DNA of 64,000 nucleotides from NCBI GenBank assembly GCA_964057225.1, contig OZ059900.1, positions 12,834,001 to 12,898,000 of the forward strand, read 5' to 3'. The notes under the pieces are model-generated. The model ran no database searches and was not told the origin of the DNA. It worked only from the letters and a program-made list of their open reading frames with translations. A program made the position numbers and the translations under genes. Numbering within the stretch: the first letter of the stretch is position 1; every line of letters starts with the position of its first letter. Positions 39,204 through 54,597 of the stretch are shown piece by piece. The DNA is from Auanema rhodensis. Lineage: Eukaryota > Animalia > Nematoda.

Positions 39204-41351
39204 ATAATTTAGTCTCAATAATAAGAGTTAAAACATAACTAATATAAAACAGAAACCAAATAGTCTATAGATATGAAACATACGTGACAGTTATGTGTTG
39301 AAGTTAATTAGGATTCTATTGTTAGGTTTATTTCAAATTTAGGTTTTCTTATGATAAATTAATTCAAGTAATCAGAAGAGATTCTGATTTATTTTCAAAT
39401 TGATTCTTAGTTATCTTCTTAGTTACAATACTCATTCGTTAAAACTATCAATATTTAATATATTATATATGTAATAGATATACATTCATCATAAACAATA
39501 CTTTTTAACAAAATCTTTTCACAATTTATTATTTTACAGAAATCAACAACAGAAAAGAAAAATAATTTAGTCTCAATAATAAGAGTTAAAACATAACTAA
39601 TATAAAACAGAAACCAAATAGTCTATAGATATGAAACATACGTGACAGTTATCTGTTGAAGTTAATTAAGATTCTATTGTTAAGTTTACTTCAAATTTTA
39701 GTTTACTTATCATAAATTAATTCAAGTAATCAGAAGAGATTCTGATTTATTTTCAAATTGATTCTTAGTTATCTTCTTAGTTACAATACTCATTCGTTAA
39801 AACTATCAATATTTGATATATTATATATGTAATAGATATACATTCATCATAAACAATACTTTTTAACAAAATCTTTTCACAATTTATTATTTTACAGAAA
39901 TCAACAACAGAAAAGAAAAATAATTTAGTCTCAATAATAAGAGTTAAAACATAACTAATATAAAACAGAAACCAAATAGTCTATAGATATGAAACATACG
40001 TGACAGTTATGTGTTGAAGTTAATTAGGATTCTATTGTTAGGTTTATTTCAAATTTAGGTTTTCTTATGATAAATTAATTCAAGTAATCAGAAGAGATTC
40101 TGATTTATTTTCAAATTGATTCTTAGTTATCTTCTTAGTTACAATACTCATTCGTTAAAACTATCAATATTTAATATATTATATATGTAATAGATATACA
40201 TTCATCATAAACAATACTTTTTAACAAAATCTTTTCACAATTTATTATTTTACAGAAATCAACAACAGAAAAGAAAAATAATTTAGTCTCAATAATAAGA
40301 GTTAAAACATAACTAATATAAAACAGAAACCAAATAGTCTATAGATATGAAACATACGTGACAGTTATCTGTTGAAGTTAATTAAGATTCTATTGTTAAG
40401 TTTACTTCAAATTTTAGTTTACTTATCATAAATTAATTCAAGTAATCAGAAGAGATTCTGATTTATTTTCAAATTGATTCTTAGTTATCTTCTTAGTTAC
40501 AATACTCATTCGTTAAAACTATCAATATTTGATATATTATATATGTAATAGATATACATTCATCATAAACAATACTTTTTAACAAAATCTTTTCACAATT
40601 TATTATTTTACAGAAATCAACAACAGAAAAGAAAAATAATTTAGTCTCAATAATAAGAGTTAAAACATAACTAATATAAAACAGAAACCAAATAGTCTAT
40701 AGATATGAAACATACGTGACAGTTATGTGTTGAAGTTAATTAGGATTCTATTGTTAGGTTTATTTCAAATTTAGGTTTTCTTATGATAAATTAATTCAAG
40801 TAATCAGAAGAGATTCTGATTTATTTTCAAATTGATTCTTAGTTATCTTCTTAGTTACAATACTCATTCGTTAAAACTATCAATATTTAATATATTATAT
40901 ATGTAATAGATATACATTCATCATAAACAATACTTTTTAACAAAATCTTTTCACAATTTATTATTTTACAGAAATCAACAACAGAAAAGAAAAATAATTT
41001 AGTCTCAATAATAAGAGTTAAAACATAACTAATATAAAACAGAAACCAAATAGTCTATAGATATGAAACATACGTGACAGTTATCTGTTGAAGTTAATTA
41101 AGATTCTATTGTTAAGTTTACTTCAAATTTTAGTTTACTTATCATAAATTAATTCAAGTAATCAGAAGAGATTCTGATTTATTTTCAAATTGATTCTTAG
41201 TTATCTTCTTAGTTACAATACTCATTCGTTAAAACTATCAATATTTGATATATTATATATGTAATAGATATACATTCATCATAAACAATACTTTTTAACA
41301 AAATCTTTTCACAATTTATTATTTTACAGAAATCAACAACAGAAAAGAAAA
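39204..41351 (+). repeat. 716-bp dimer higher-order repeat, 3 copies (haplotype C alternating with haplotype B)
   Basis: Monomers at 39204, 39920 and 40636 carry TTATGTGTTG / GTTAGGTTTATTTC / TTTAATAT. Monomers at 39562, 40278 and 40994 carry TTATCTGTTG / TTAAGATTC / TTTTAGTTTAC. Confidence 0.88.
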
Positions 41352-44300
41352 ATAATTTAGTCTCAATAATAAGAGTTAAAACATAACTAATATAAAACAG
41401 AAACCAAATAGTCTATAGATATGAAACATACGTGACAGTTATCTGTTGAAGTTAATTAGGATTCCATTGTTAAGTTTACTTCAAATTTTAGTTTACTTAT
41501 CATAAATTAATTCAAGTAATCAGAAGAGATTCTGATTTATTTTCACATTGATTCTTAGTTATCTTCTTAGTTACAATACTCATTCGTTAAAACTATCAAT
41601 ATTTAATATATTATATATGTAATAGATATACATTCATCATAAACAATACTTTTTAACAAAATCTTTTCACAATTTATTATTTTACAGAAATCAACAACAG
41701 AAAAGAAAAATAATTTAGTCTCAATAATAAGAGTTAAAACATAACTAATATAAAACAGAAACCAAATAGTCTATAGATATGAAACATACGTGACAGTTAT
41801 GTGTTGAAGTTAATTAGGATTCTATTGTTAGGTTTATTTCAAATTTAGGTTTTCTTATGATAAATTAATTCAAGTAATCAGAAGAGATTCTGATTTATTT
41901 TCAAATTGATTCTTAGTTATCTTCTTAGTTACAATACTCATTCGTTAAAACTATCAATATTTAATATATTATATATGTAATAGATATACATTCATCATAA
42001 ACAATACTTTTTAACAAAATCTTTTCACAATTTATTATTTTACAGAAATCAACAACAGAAAAGAAAAATAATTTAGTCTCAATAATAAGAGTTAAAACAT
42101 AACTAATATAAAACAGAAACCAAATAGTCTATAGATATGAAACATACGTGACAGTTATCTGTTGAAGTTAATTAGGATTCTATTGTTAGGTTTATTTCAA
42201 ATTTTAGTTTACTTATCATAAATTAATTCAAGTAATCAGAAGAGATTCTGATTTATTTTCAAATTGATTTTTAGTTATCTTCTTAGTTACAATACTCATT
42301 CGTTAAAACTATCAATATTTGATATATTATATATGTAATAGATATACATTCATCATAAACAATACTTTTTAACAAAATCTTTTCACAATTTATTATTTTA
42401 CAGAAATCAACAACAGAAAAGAAAAATAATTTAGTCTCAATAATAAGAGTTAAAACATAACTAATATAAAACAGAAACCAAATAGTCTATAGATATGAAA
42501 CATACGTGACAGTTATGTGTTGAAGTTAATTAGGATTCTATTGTTAGGTTTATTTCAAATTTAGGTTTTCTTATGATAAATTAATTCAAGTAATCAGAAG
42601 AGATTCTGATTTATTTTCAAATTGATTTTTAGTTATCTTCTTAGTTACAATACTCATTCGTTAAAACTATCAATATTTGATATATTATATATGTAATAGA
42701 TATACATTCATCATAAACAATACTTTTAAACAAAATCTTTTCACAATTTATTATTTTACAGAAATCAACAACAGAAAAGAAAAATAATTTAGTCTCAATA
42801 ATAAGAGTTAAAACATAACTAATATAAAACAGAAACCAAATAGTCTATAGATATGAAACATACGTGACAGTTATGTGTTGAAGTTAATTAGGATTCTATT
42901 GTTAGGTTTATTTCAAATTTAGGTTTTCTTATGATAAATTAATTCAAGTAATCAGAAGAGATTCTGATTTATTTTCAAATTGATTTTTAGTTATCTTCTT
43001 AGTTACAATACTCATTCGTTAAAACTATCAATATTTGATATATTATATATGTAATAGATATACATTCATCATAAACAATACTTTTAAACAAAATCTTTTC
43101 ACAATTTATTATTTTACAGAAATCAACAACAGAAAAGAAAAATAATTTAGTCTCAATAATAAGAGTTAAAACATAACTAATATAAAACAGAAACCAAATA
43201 GTCTATAGATATGAAACATACGTGACAGTTATGTGTTGAAGTTAATTAGGATTCTATTGTTAGGTTTATTTCAAATTTTAGTTTACTTATCATAAATTAA
43301 TTAAAGTAATCAGAAGAGATTCTGATTTATTTTCAAATTGATTTTTAGTTATCTTCTTAGTTACAATACTCATTCGTTAAAACTATCAATATTTGATATA
43401 TTATATATGTAATAGATATACATTCATCATAAACAATACTTTTTAACAAAATCTTTTCACAATTTATTATTTTACAGAAATCAACAACAGAAAAGAAAAA
43501 TAATTTAGTCTCAATAATAAGAGTTAAAACATAACTAATATAAAACAGAAACCAAATAGTCTATAGATATGAAACATACGTGACAGTTATGTGTTGAAGT
43601 TAATTAGGATTCTATTGTTAGGTTTATTTCAAATTTAGGTTTTCTTATGATAAATTAATTCAAGTAATCAGAAGAGATTCTGATTTATTTTCAATTAGAT
43701 TCTTAGTTATCTTCTTAGTTACAATACTCATTCGTTGAAACTATCAATATTTAATATATTATATATGTAATAGATATACATTCATCATAAACAATACTTT
43801 TTAACAAAATCTTTTCACAATTTATTATTTTACAGAAATCAACAACAGAAAAGAAAAATAATTTAGTCTCAATAATAAGAGTTGAAACATAACTAATATA
43901 AAACAGAAACCAAATAGTCTATAGATATGAAACATACGTGACAGTTATCTGTTGAAGTTAATTAAGATTCTATTGTTAAGTTTACTTCAAATTTTAGTTT
44001 ACTTATCATAAATTAATTCAAGTAATCAGAAGAGATTCTGATTTATTTTCAAATTGATTCTTAGTTATCTTCTTAGTTACAATACTCATTCGTTAAAACT
44101 ATCAATATTTGATATATTATATATGTAATAGATATACATTCATCATAAACAATACTTTTTAACAAAATCTTTTCACAATTTATTATTTTACAGAAATCAA
44201 CAACAGAAAAGAAAAATAATTTAGTCTCAATAATAAGAGTTAAAACATAACTAATATAAAACAGAAACCAAATAGTCTATAGATATGAAACATACGTGAC

Positions 44301-47300
44301 AGTTATGTGTTGAAGTTAATTAGGATTCTATTGTTAGGTTTATTTCAAATTTAGGTTTTCTTATGATAAATTAATTCAAGTAATCAGAAGAGATTCTGAT
44401 TTATTTTCAAATTGATTCTTAGTTATCTTCTTAGTTACAATACTCATTCGTTAAAACTATCAATATTTAATATATTATATATGTAATAGATATACATTCA
44501 TCATAAACAATACTTTTTAACAAAATCTTTTCACAATTTATTATTTTACAGAAATCAACAACAGAAAAGAAAAATAATTTAGTCTCAATAATAAGAGTTA
44601 AAACATAACTAATATAAAACAGAAACCAAATAGTCTATAGATATGAAACATACGTGACAGTTATGTGTTGAAGTTAATTAGGATTCTATTGTTAGGTTTA
44701 TTTCAAATTTTAGTTTACTTATCATAAATTAATTCAAGTAATCAGAAGAGATTCTGATTTATTTTCAAATTGATTCTTAGTTATCTTCTTAGTTACAATA
44801 CTCATTCGTTAAAACTATCAATATTTGATATATTATATATGTAATAGATATACATTCATCATAAACAATACTTTTTAACAAAATCTTTTCACAATTTATT
44901 ATTTTACAGAAATCAACAACAGAAAAGAAAAATAATTTAGTCTCAATAATAAGAGTTAAAACATAACTAATATAAAACAGAAACCAAATAAGCTATAGAT
45001 ATGAAACATACGTGACAGTTATGTGTTGAAGTTAATTAGGATTCCATTGTTAAGTTTACTTCAAATTTTAGTTTACTTATGATAAATTAATTCAAGTAAT
45101 CAGAAGAGATTCTGATTTATTTTCAATTAGATTCTTAGTTATCTTCTTAGTTACAATACTCATTCGTTAAAACTATCAATATTTGATATATTATATATGT
45201 AATAGATATACATTCATCATAAACAATACTTTTTAACAAAATCTTTTCACAATTTATTATTTTACAGAAATCAACAACAGAAAAGAAAAATAATTTAGTC
45301 TCAATAATAAGAGTTAAAACATAACTAATATAAAACAGAAACCAAATAAGCTATAGATATGAAACATACGTGACAGTTATGTGTTGAAGTTAATTAGGAT
45401 TCCATTGTTAAGTTTACTTCAAATTTTAGTTTTTTTATCATAAATTAATTCAAGTAATCAGAAGAGATTCTGATTTATTTTCAATTAGATTCTTAGTTAT
45501 CTTCTTAGTTACAATACTCATTCGTTAAAACTATCAATATTTGATATATTATATATGTATTAGATATACATTCATCATAAACAATACTTTTTAACAAAAT
45601 CTTTTCACAATTTATTATTTTACAGAAATCAACAACAGAAAAGAAAAATAATTTAGTCTCAATAATAAGAGTTAAAACATAACTAATATAAAACAGAAAC
45701 CAAATAAGCTATAGATATGAAGCATACGTGACAGTTATCTGTTGAAGTTAATTAGGATTCCATTGTTAAGTTTACTTCAAATTTTAGTTTACTTATCATA
45801 AATTAATTCAAGTAATCACAAGAGATTCTGATTTATTTTCAAATTGATTCTTAGTTATCTTCTTAGTTACAATACTCATTCGTTAAAACTATCAATATTT
45901 GATATATTATATATGTATTAGATATACATTCATCATAAACAATACTTTTTAACAAAATCTTTTCACAATTTATTATTTTACAGAAATCAACAACAGAAAT
46001 GAAAAATAATTTAGTCTCAATAATAAGAGTTAAAACATAACTAATATAAAACAGAAACCAAATAGTCTATAGATATGAAACATACGTGACAGTTAACTGT
46101 TGAAGTTAATTAGGATTCCATTGTTAAGTTTACTTCAAATTTTAGTTTACTTATTATAAATTAATTCAAGTAATCAGAAGAGATTCTGATTTATTTTCAA
46201 TTAGATTCTTAGTTATCTTCTTAGTTTCAATACTCATTCGTTAAAACTATCAATATTTGATATATTATATATGTATTAGATATAGATTCAGCATAAACAA
46301 TACTTTTTAACAAAATCTTTTCACAATTTATTATTTTACAGAAATCAACAACAGAAAAGAAAAATAATTTAGTCTCAATAATAAGAGTTAAAACATAACT
46401 AATATAAAACAGAAACCAAATAAGCTATAGATATGAAGCATACGTGACAGTTATCTGTTGAAGTTAATTAGGATTCCATTGTTAAGTTTACTTCAAATTT
46501 TAGTTTACTTATCATAAATTAATTCAAGTAATCACAAGAGATTCTGATTTATTTTCAAATTGATTCTTAGTTATCTTCTTAGTTACAATACTCATTCGTT
46601 AAAACTATCAATATTTGATATATTATATATGTAATAGATATACATTCATCATAAACAATACTTTTTAACAAAATCTTTTCACAATTTATTATTTTACAGA
46701 AATCAACAACAGAAAAGAAAAATAATTTAGTCTCAATAATAAGAGTTAAAACATAACTAATATAAAACAGAAACCAAATAGTCTATAGATATGAAACATA
46801 CGTGACAGTTATCTGTTGAAGTTAATTAGGATTCCATTGTTAAGTTTACTTCAAATTTTAGTTTACTTATTATAAATTAATTCAAGTAATCAGAAGAGAT
46901 TCTGATTTATTTTCAATTAGATTCTTAGTTATCTTCTTAGTTACAATACTCATTCGTTAAAACTATCAATATTTGATATATTATATATGTAATAGATATA
47001 CATTCATCATAAACAATACTTTTTAACAAAATCTTTTCACAATTTATTATTTTACAGAAATCAACAACAGAAAAGAAAAATAATTTAGTCTCAATAATAA
47101 GAGTTAAAACATAACTAATATAAAACAGAAACCAAATAGTCTATAGATATGAAACATACGTGACAGTTATCTGTTGAAGTTAATTAGGATTCCATTGTTA
47201 AGTTTACTTCAAATTTTAGTTTACTTATTATAAATTAATTCAAGTAATCAGAAGAGATTCTGATTTATTTTCAATTAGATTCTTAGTTATCTTCTTAGTT

Positions 47301-49943
47301 TCAATACTCATTCGTTAAAACTATCAATATTTGATATATTATATATGTAATAGATATACATTCATCATAAACAATACTTTTTAACAAAATCTTTTCACAA
47401 TTTATTATTTTACAGAAATCAACAACAGAAAAGAAAAATAATTTAGTCTCAATAATAAGAGTTAAAACATAACTAATATAAAACAGAAACCAAATAAGCT
47501 ATAGATATGAAACATACGTGACAGTTATGTGTTGAAGTTAATTAGGATTCCATTGTTAAGTTTACTTCAAATTTTAGTTTTTTTATCATAAATTAATTCA
47601 AGTAATCAGAAGAGATTCTGATTTATTTTCAATTAGATTCTTAGTTATCTTCTTAGTTACAATACTCATTCGTTAAAACTATCAATATTTGATATATTAT
47701 ATATGTAATAGATATACATTCATCATAAACAATACTTTTTAACAAAATCTTTTCACAATTTATTATTTTACAGAAATCAACAACAGAAAAGAAAAATAAT
47801 TTAGTCTCAATAATAAGAGTTAAAACATAACTAATATAAAACAGAAACCAAATAAGCTATAGATATGAAACATACGTGACAGTTATGTGTTGAAGTTAAT
47901 TAGGATTCCATTGTTAAGTTTACTTCAAATTTTAGTTTTTTTATCATAAATTAATTCAAGTAATCAGAAGAGATTCTGATTTATTTTCAATTAGATTCTT
48001 AGTTATCTTCTTAGTTACAATACTCATTCGTTAAAACTATCAATATTTGATATATTATATATGTAATAGATATACATTCATCATAAACAATACTTTTTAA
48101 CAAAATCTTTTCACAATTTATTATTTTACAGAAATCAACAACAGAAAAGAAAAATAATTTAGTCTCAATAATAAGAGTTAAAACATAACTAATATAAAAC
48201 AGAAACCAAATAGTCTATAGATATGAAACATACGTGACAGTTATCTGTTGAAGTTAATTAGGATTCTATTGTTAAGTTTATTTCAAATTTTAGTTCACTT
48301 ATCATAAATTAATTCAAGTAATCAGAAGAGATTCTGATTTATTTTCAATTAGATTCTTAGTTATCTTCTTAGTTTCAATACTCATTCGTTAAAACTATCA
48401 ATATTTGATATATTATATATGTAATAGATATACATTCATCATAAACAATACTTTTTAACAAAATCTTTTCACAATTTATTATTTTACAGAAATCAACAAC
48501 AGAAAAGAAAAATAATTTAGTCTCAATAATAAGAGTTAAAACATAACTAATATAAAACAGAAACCAAATAAGCTATAGATATGAAGCATACGTGACAGTT
48601 ATCTGTTGAAGTTAATTAGGATTCCATTGTTAGGTTTATATCAAATTTTAGTTTACTTATCATAAATTAATTCAAGTAATCACAAGAGATTCTGATTTAT
48701 TTTCAAATTGATTCTTAGTTATCTTCTTAGTTACAATACTCATTCGTTAAAACTATCAATATTTGATATATTATATATGTATTAGATATACATTCAGCAT
48801 AAACAATACTTTTTAACAAAATCTTTTCACAATTTATTATTTTACAGAAATCAACAACAGAAATGAAAAATAATTTAGTCTCAATAATAAGAGTTAAAAC
48901 ATAACTAATATAAAACAGAAACCAAATAGTCTATAGATATGAAACATACGTGACAGTTATCTGTTGAAGTTAATTAGGATTCCATTGTTAAGTTTACTTC
49001 AAATTTTAGTTTACTTATTATAAATTAATTCAAGTAATCAGAAGAGATTCTGATTTATTTTCAATTAGATTCTTAGTTATCTTCTTAGTTTCAAAACTCA
49101 TTCGTTAAAACTATCAATATTTGATATATTATATATGTAATAGATATACATTCATCATAAACAATACTTTTTAACAAAATCTTTTCACAATTTATTATTT
49201 TACAGAAATCAACAACAGAAAAGAAAAATAATTTAGTCTCAATAATAAGAGTTAAAACATAACTAATATAAAACAGAAACCAAATAAGCTATAGATATGA
49301 AACATACGTGACAGTTATGTGTTGAAGTTAATTAGGATTCCATTGTTAAGTTTACTTCAAATTTTAGTTTTTTTATCATAAATTAATTCAAGTAATCAGA
49401 AGAGATTCTGATTTATTTTCAATTAGATTCTTAGTTATCTTCTTAGTTACAATACTCATTCGTTAAAACTATCAATATTTGATATATTATATATGTAATA
49501 GATATACATTCATCATAAACAATACTGTTTAACAAAATCTTTTCACAATTTATTATTTTACAGAAATCAACAACAGAAAAGAAAAATAATTTAGTCTCAA
49601 TAATAAGAGTTAAAACATAACTAATATAAAACAGAAACCAAATAAGCTATAGATATGAAACATGCGTGACAGTTATGTGTTGAAGTTAATTAGGATTCCA
49701 TTGTTAAGTTTACTTCAAATTTTAGTTTTTTTATCATAAATTAATTCGAGTAATCAGAAGAGATTCTGATTTATTTTCAATTAGATTCTTAGTTATCTTC
49801 TTAGTTACAATACTCATTCGTTAAAACTATCAATATTTGATATATTATATATGTAATAGATATACATTCATCATAAACAATACTGTTTAACAAAATCTTT
49901 TCACAATTTATTATTTTACAGAAATCAACAACAGAAAAGAAAA

Positions 49944-52900
49944 ATAATTTAGTCTCAATAATAAGAGTTAAAACATAACTAATATAAAACAGAAACCAAA
50001 TAAGCTATAGATATGAAACATACGTGACAGTTATGTGTTGAAGTTAATTAGGATTCCATTGTTAAGTTTACTTCAAATTTTAGTTTTTTTATCATAAATT
50101 AATTCAAGTAATCAGAAGAGATTCTGATTTATTTTCAATTAGATTCTTAGTTATCTTCTTAGTTTCAAAACTCATTCGTTAAAACTATCAATATTTGATA
50201 TATTATATATGTAATAGATATACATTCATCATAAACAATACTTTTTAACAAAATCTTTTCACAATTTATTATTTTACAGAAATCAACAACAGAAAAGAAA
50301 AATAATTTAGTCTCAATAATAAGAGTTAAAACATAACTAATATAAAACAGAAACCAAATAAGCTATAGATATGAAACATACGTGACAGTTATGTGTTGAA
50401 GTTAATTAGGATTCCATTGTTAAGTTTACTTCAAATTTTAGTTTTTTTATCATAAATTAATTCAAGTAATCAGAAGAGATTCTGATTTATTTTCAATTAG
50501 ATTCTTAGTTATCTTCTTAGTTACAATACTCATTCGTTAAAACTATCAATATTTGATATATTATATATGTAATAGATATACATTCATCATAAACAATACT
50601 TTTTAACAAAATCTTTTCACAATTTATTATTTTACAGAAATCAACAACAGAAAAGAAAAATAATTTAGTCTCAATAATAAGAGTTAAAACATAACTAATA
50701 TAAAACAGAAACCAAATAGTCTATAGATATGAAACATACGTGACAGTTATCTGTTGAAGTTAATTAGGATTCCATTGTTAGGTTTATATCAAATTTTAGT
50801 TTACTTATCATAAATTAATTCAAGTAATCAGAAGAGATTCTGATTTATTTTCAATTAGATTCTTAGTTATCTTCTTAGTTACAATACTCATTCGTTAAAA
50901 CTATCAATATTTGATATATTATATATGTAATAGATATACATTCATCATAAACAATACTTTTTAACAAAATCTTTTCACAATTTATTATTTTACAGAAATC
51001 AACAACAGAAAAGAAAAATAATTTAGTCTCAATAATAAGAGTTAAAACATAACTAATATAAAACAGAAACCAAATAAGCTATAGATATGAAGCATACGTG
51101 ACAGTTATGTGTTGAAGTTAATTAGGATTCCATTGTTAAGTTTACTTCAAATTTTAGTTTTTTTATCATAAATTAATTCAAGTAATCAGAAGAGATTCTG
51201 ATTTATTTTCAAATTGATTCTTAGTTATCTTCTTAGTTACAATACTCATTCGTTAAAACTATCAATATTTGATATATTATATATGTAATAGATATACATT
51301 CATCATAAACAATACTTTTTAACAAAATCTTTTCACAATTTATTATTTTACAGAAATCAACAACAGAAAAGAAAAATAATTTAGTCTCAATAATAAGAGT
51401 TAAAACATAACTAATATAAAACAGAAACCAAATAAGCTATAGATATGAAACATACGTGACAGTTATGTGTTGAAGTTAATTAGGATTCCATTGTTAAGTT
51501 TACTTCAAATTTTAGTTTACTTATGATAAATTAATTCAAGTAATCAGAAGAGATTCTGATTTATTTTCAATTAGATTCTTAGTTATCTTCTTAGTTACAA
51601 TACTCATTCGTTAAAACTATCAATATTTGATATATTATATATGTAATAGATATACATTCATCATAAACAATACTTTTTAACAAAATCTTTTCACAATTTA
51701 TTATTTTACAGAAATCAACAACAGAAAAGAAAAATAATTTAGTCTCAATAATAAGAGTTAAAACATAACTAATATAAAACAGAAACCAAATAAGCTATAG
51801 ATATGAAACATACGTGACAGTTATGTGTTGAAGTTAATTAGGATTCCATTGTTAAGTTTACTTCAAATTTTAGTTTACTTATTATAAATTAATTCAAGTA
51901 ATCAGAAGAGATTCTGATTTATTTTCAATTAGATTCTTAGTTATCTTCTTAATTACAATACTCATTCGTTAAAACTATCAATATTTGATATATTATATAT
52001 GTAATAGATATACATTCATCATAAACAATACTTTTTAACAAAATCTTTTCACAATTTATTATTTTACAGAAATCAACAACAGAAAAGAAAAATAATTTAG
52101 TCTCAATAATAAGAGTTAAAACATAACTAATATAAAACAGAAACCAAATAGTCTATAGATATGAAACATACGTGACAGTTATCTGTTGAAGTTAATTAGG
52201 ATTCCATTGTTAGGTTTATATCAAATTTCAGTTTACTTATCATAAATTAATTCAAGTAATCAGAAGAGATTCTGATTTATTTTCAATTAGATTCTTAGTT
52301 ATCTTCTTAGTTACAATACTCATTCGTTAAAACTATCAATATTTGATATATTATATATGTAGTAGATATACATTCATCATAAACAATACTTTTTAACAAA
52401 ATCTTTTCACAATTTATTATTTTACAGAAATCAACAACAGAAAAGAAAAATAATTTAGTCTCAATAATAAGAGTTAAAACATAACTAATATAAAACAGAA
52501 ACCAAATAGTCTATAGATATGAAACATACGTGACAGTTATCTGTTGAAGTTAATTAGGATTCCATTGTTAGGTTTATATCAAATTTCAGTTTACTTATCA
52601 TAAATTAATTCAAGTAATCAGAAGAGATTCTGATTTATTTTCAATTAGATTCTTAGTTATCTTCTTAGTTACAATACTCATTCGTTAAAACTATCAATAT
52701 TTGATATATTATATATGTAATAGATATACATTCATCATAAACAATACTTTTTAACAAAATCTTTTCACAATTTATTATTTTACAGAAATCAACAACAGAA
52801 AAGAAAAATAATTTAGTCTCAATAATAAGAGTTAAAACATAACTAATATAAAACAGAAACCAAATAGTCTATAGATATGAAACATACGTGACAGTTATCT

Positions 52901-54239
52901 GTTGAAGTTAAATAGGATTCCATTGTTAAGTTTACTTCAAATTTTAGTTTACTTATCATAAATTAATTCAAGTAATCAGAAGAGATTCTGATTTATTTTC
53001 AATTAGATTCTTAGTTATCTTCTTAGTTACAATACTCATTCGTTAAAACTATCAATATTTGATATATTATATATGTAATAGATATACATTCATCATAAAC
53101 AATACTTTTTAACAAAATCTTTTCACAATTTATTATTTTACAGAAATCAACAACAGAAAAGAAAAATAATTTAGTCTCAATAATAAGAGTTAAAACATAA
53201 CTAATATAAAACAGAAACCAAATAAGCTATAGATATGAAACATACGTGACAGTTATCTGTTGAAGTTAATTAGGATTCCATTGTTAGGTTTATATCAAAT
53301 TTCAGTTTACTTATCATAAATTAATTCAAGTAATCAGAAGAGATTCTGATTTATTTTCAATTAGATTCTTAGTTATCTTCTTAGTTACAATACTCATTCG
53401 TTAAAACTATCAATATTTGATATATTATATATGTAATAGATATACATTCATCATAAACAATACTTTTTAACAAAATCTTTTCACAATTTATTATTTTACA
53501 GAAATCAACAACAGAAAAGAAAAATAATTTAGTCTCAATAATAAGAGTTAAAACATAACTAATATAAAACAGAAACCAAATAGTCTATAGATATGAAACA
53601 TACGTGACAGTTATCTGTTGAAGTTAAATAGGATTCCATTGTTAAGTTTACTTCAAATTTTAGTTTACTTATCATAAATTAATTCAAGTAATCAGAAGAG
53701 ATTCTGATTTATTTTCAATTAGATTCTTAGTTATCTTCTTAGTTACAATACTCATTCGTTAAAACTATCAATATTTGATATATTATATATGTAATAGATA
53801 TACATTCATCATAAACAATACTTTTTAACAAAATCTTTTCACAATTTATTATTTTACAGAAATCAACAACAGAAAAGAAAAATAATTTAGTCTCAATAAT
53901 AAGAGTTAAAACATAACTAATATAAAACAGAAACCAAATAAGCTATAGATATGAAACATACGTGACAGTTATCTGTTGAAGTTAATTAGGATTCCATTGT
54001 TAGGTTTATATCAAATTTCAGTTTACTTATCATAAATTAATTCAAGTAATCAGAAGAGATTCTGATTTATTTTCAATTAGATTCTTAGTTATCTTCTTAG
54101 TTACAATACTCATTCGTTAAAACTATCAATATTTGATATATTATATATGTAATAGATATACATTCATCATAAACAATACTTTTTAACAAAATCTTTTCAC
54201 AATTTATTATTTTACAGAAATCAACAACAGAAAAGAAAA
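49944..54239 (+). repeat. Copy 1 of a duplicated 12-monomer block
   Basis: The order of variant monomers matches 59252-63905, including rare markers GTTTCAAAACT and ATGTAGTAG. Confidence 0.88.
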
Positions 54240-54597
54240 ATAATTTAGTCTCAATAATAAGAGTTAAAACATAACTAATATAAAACAGAAACCAAATAGT
54301 CTATAGATATGAAACATACGTGACAGTTATCTGTTGAAGTTAAATAGGATTCCATTGTTAAGTTTACTTCAAATTTTAGTTTACTTATCATAAATTAATT
54401 CAAGTAATCAGAAGAGATTCTGATTTATTTTCAATTAGATTCTTAGTTATCTTCTTAGTTACAATACTCATTCGTTAAAACTATCAATATTTGATATATT
54501 ATATATGTAATAGATATACATTCATCATAAACAATACTTTTTAACAAAATCTTTTCACAATTTATTATTTTACAGAAATCAACAACAGAAAAGAAAA
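52808..54597 (+). repeat. 716-bp dimer alternation (GTTAAATAGG monomer / AAGCT + GGTTTATATCAAATTTCAG monomer), also present at 62474-63905
   Basis: Alternating monomers at 52808, 53166, 53524, 53882 and 54240. Confidence 0.85.
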
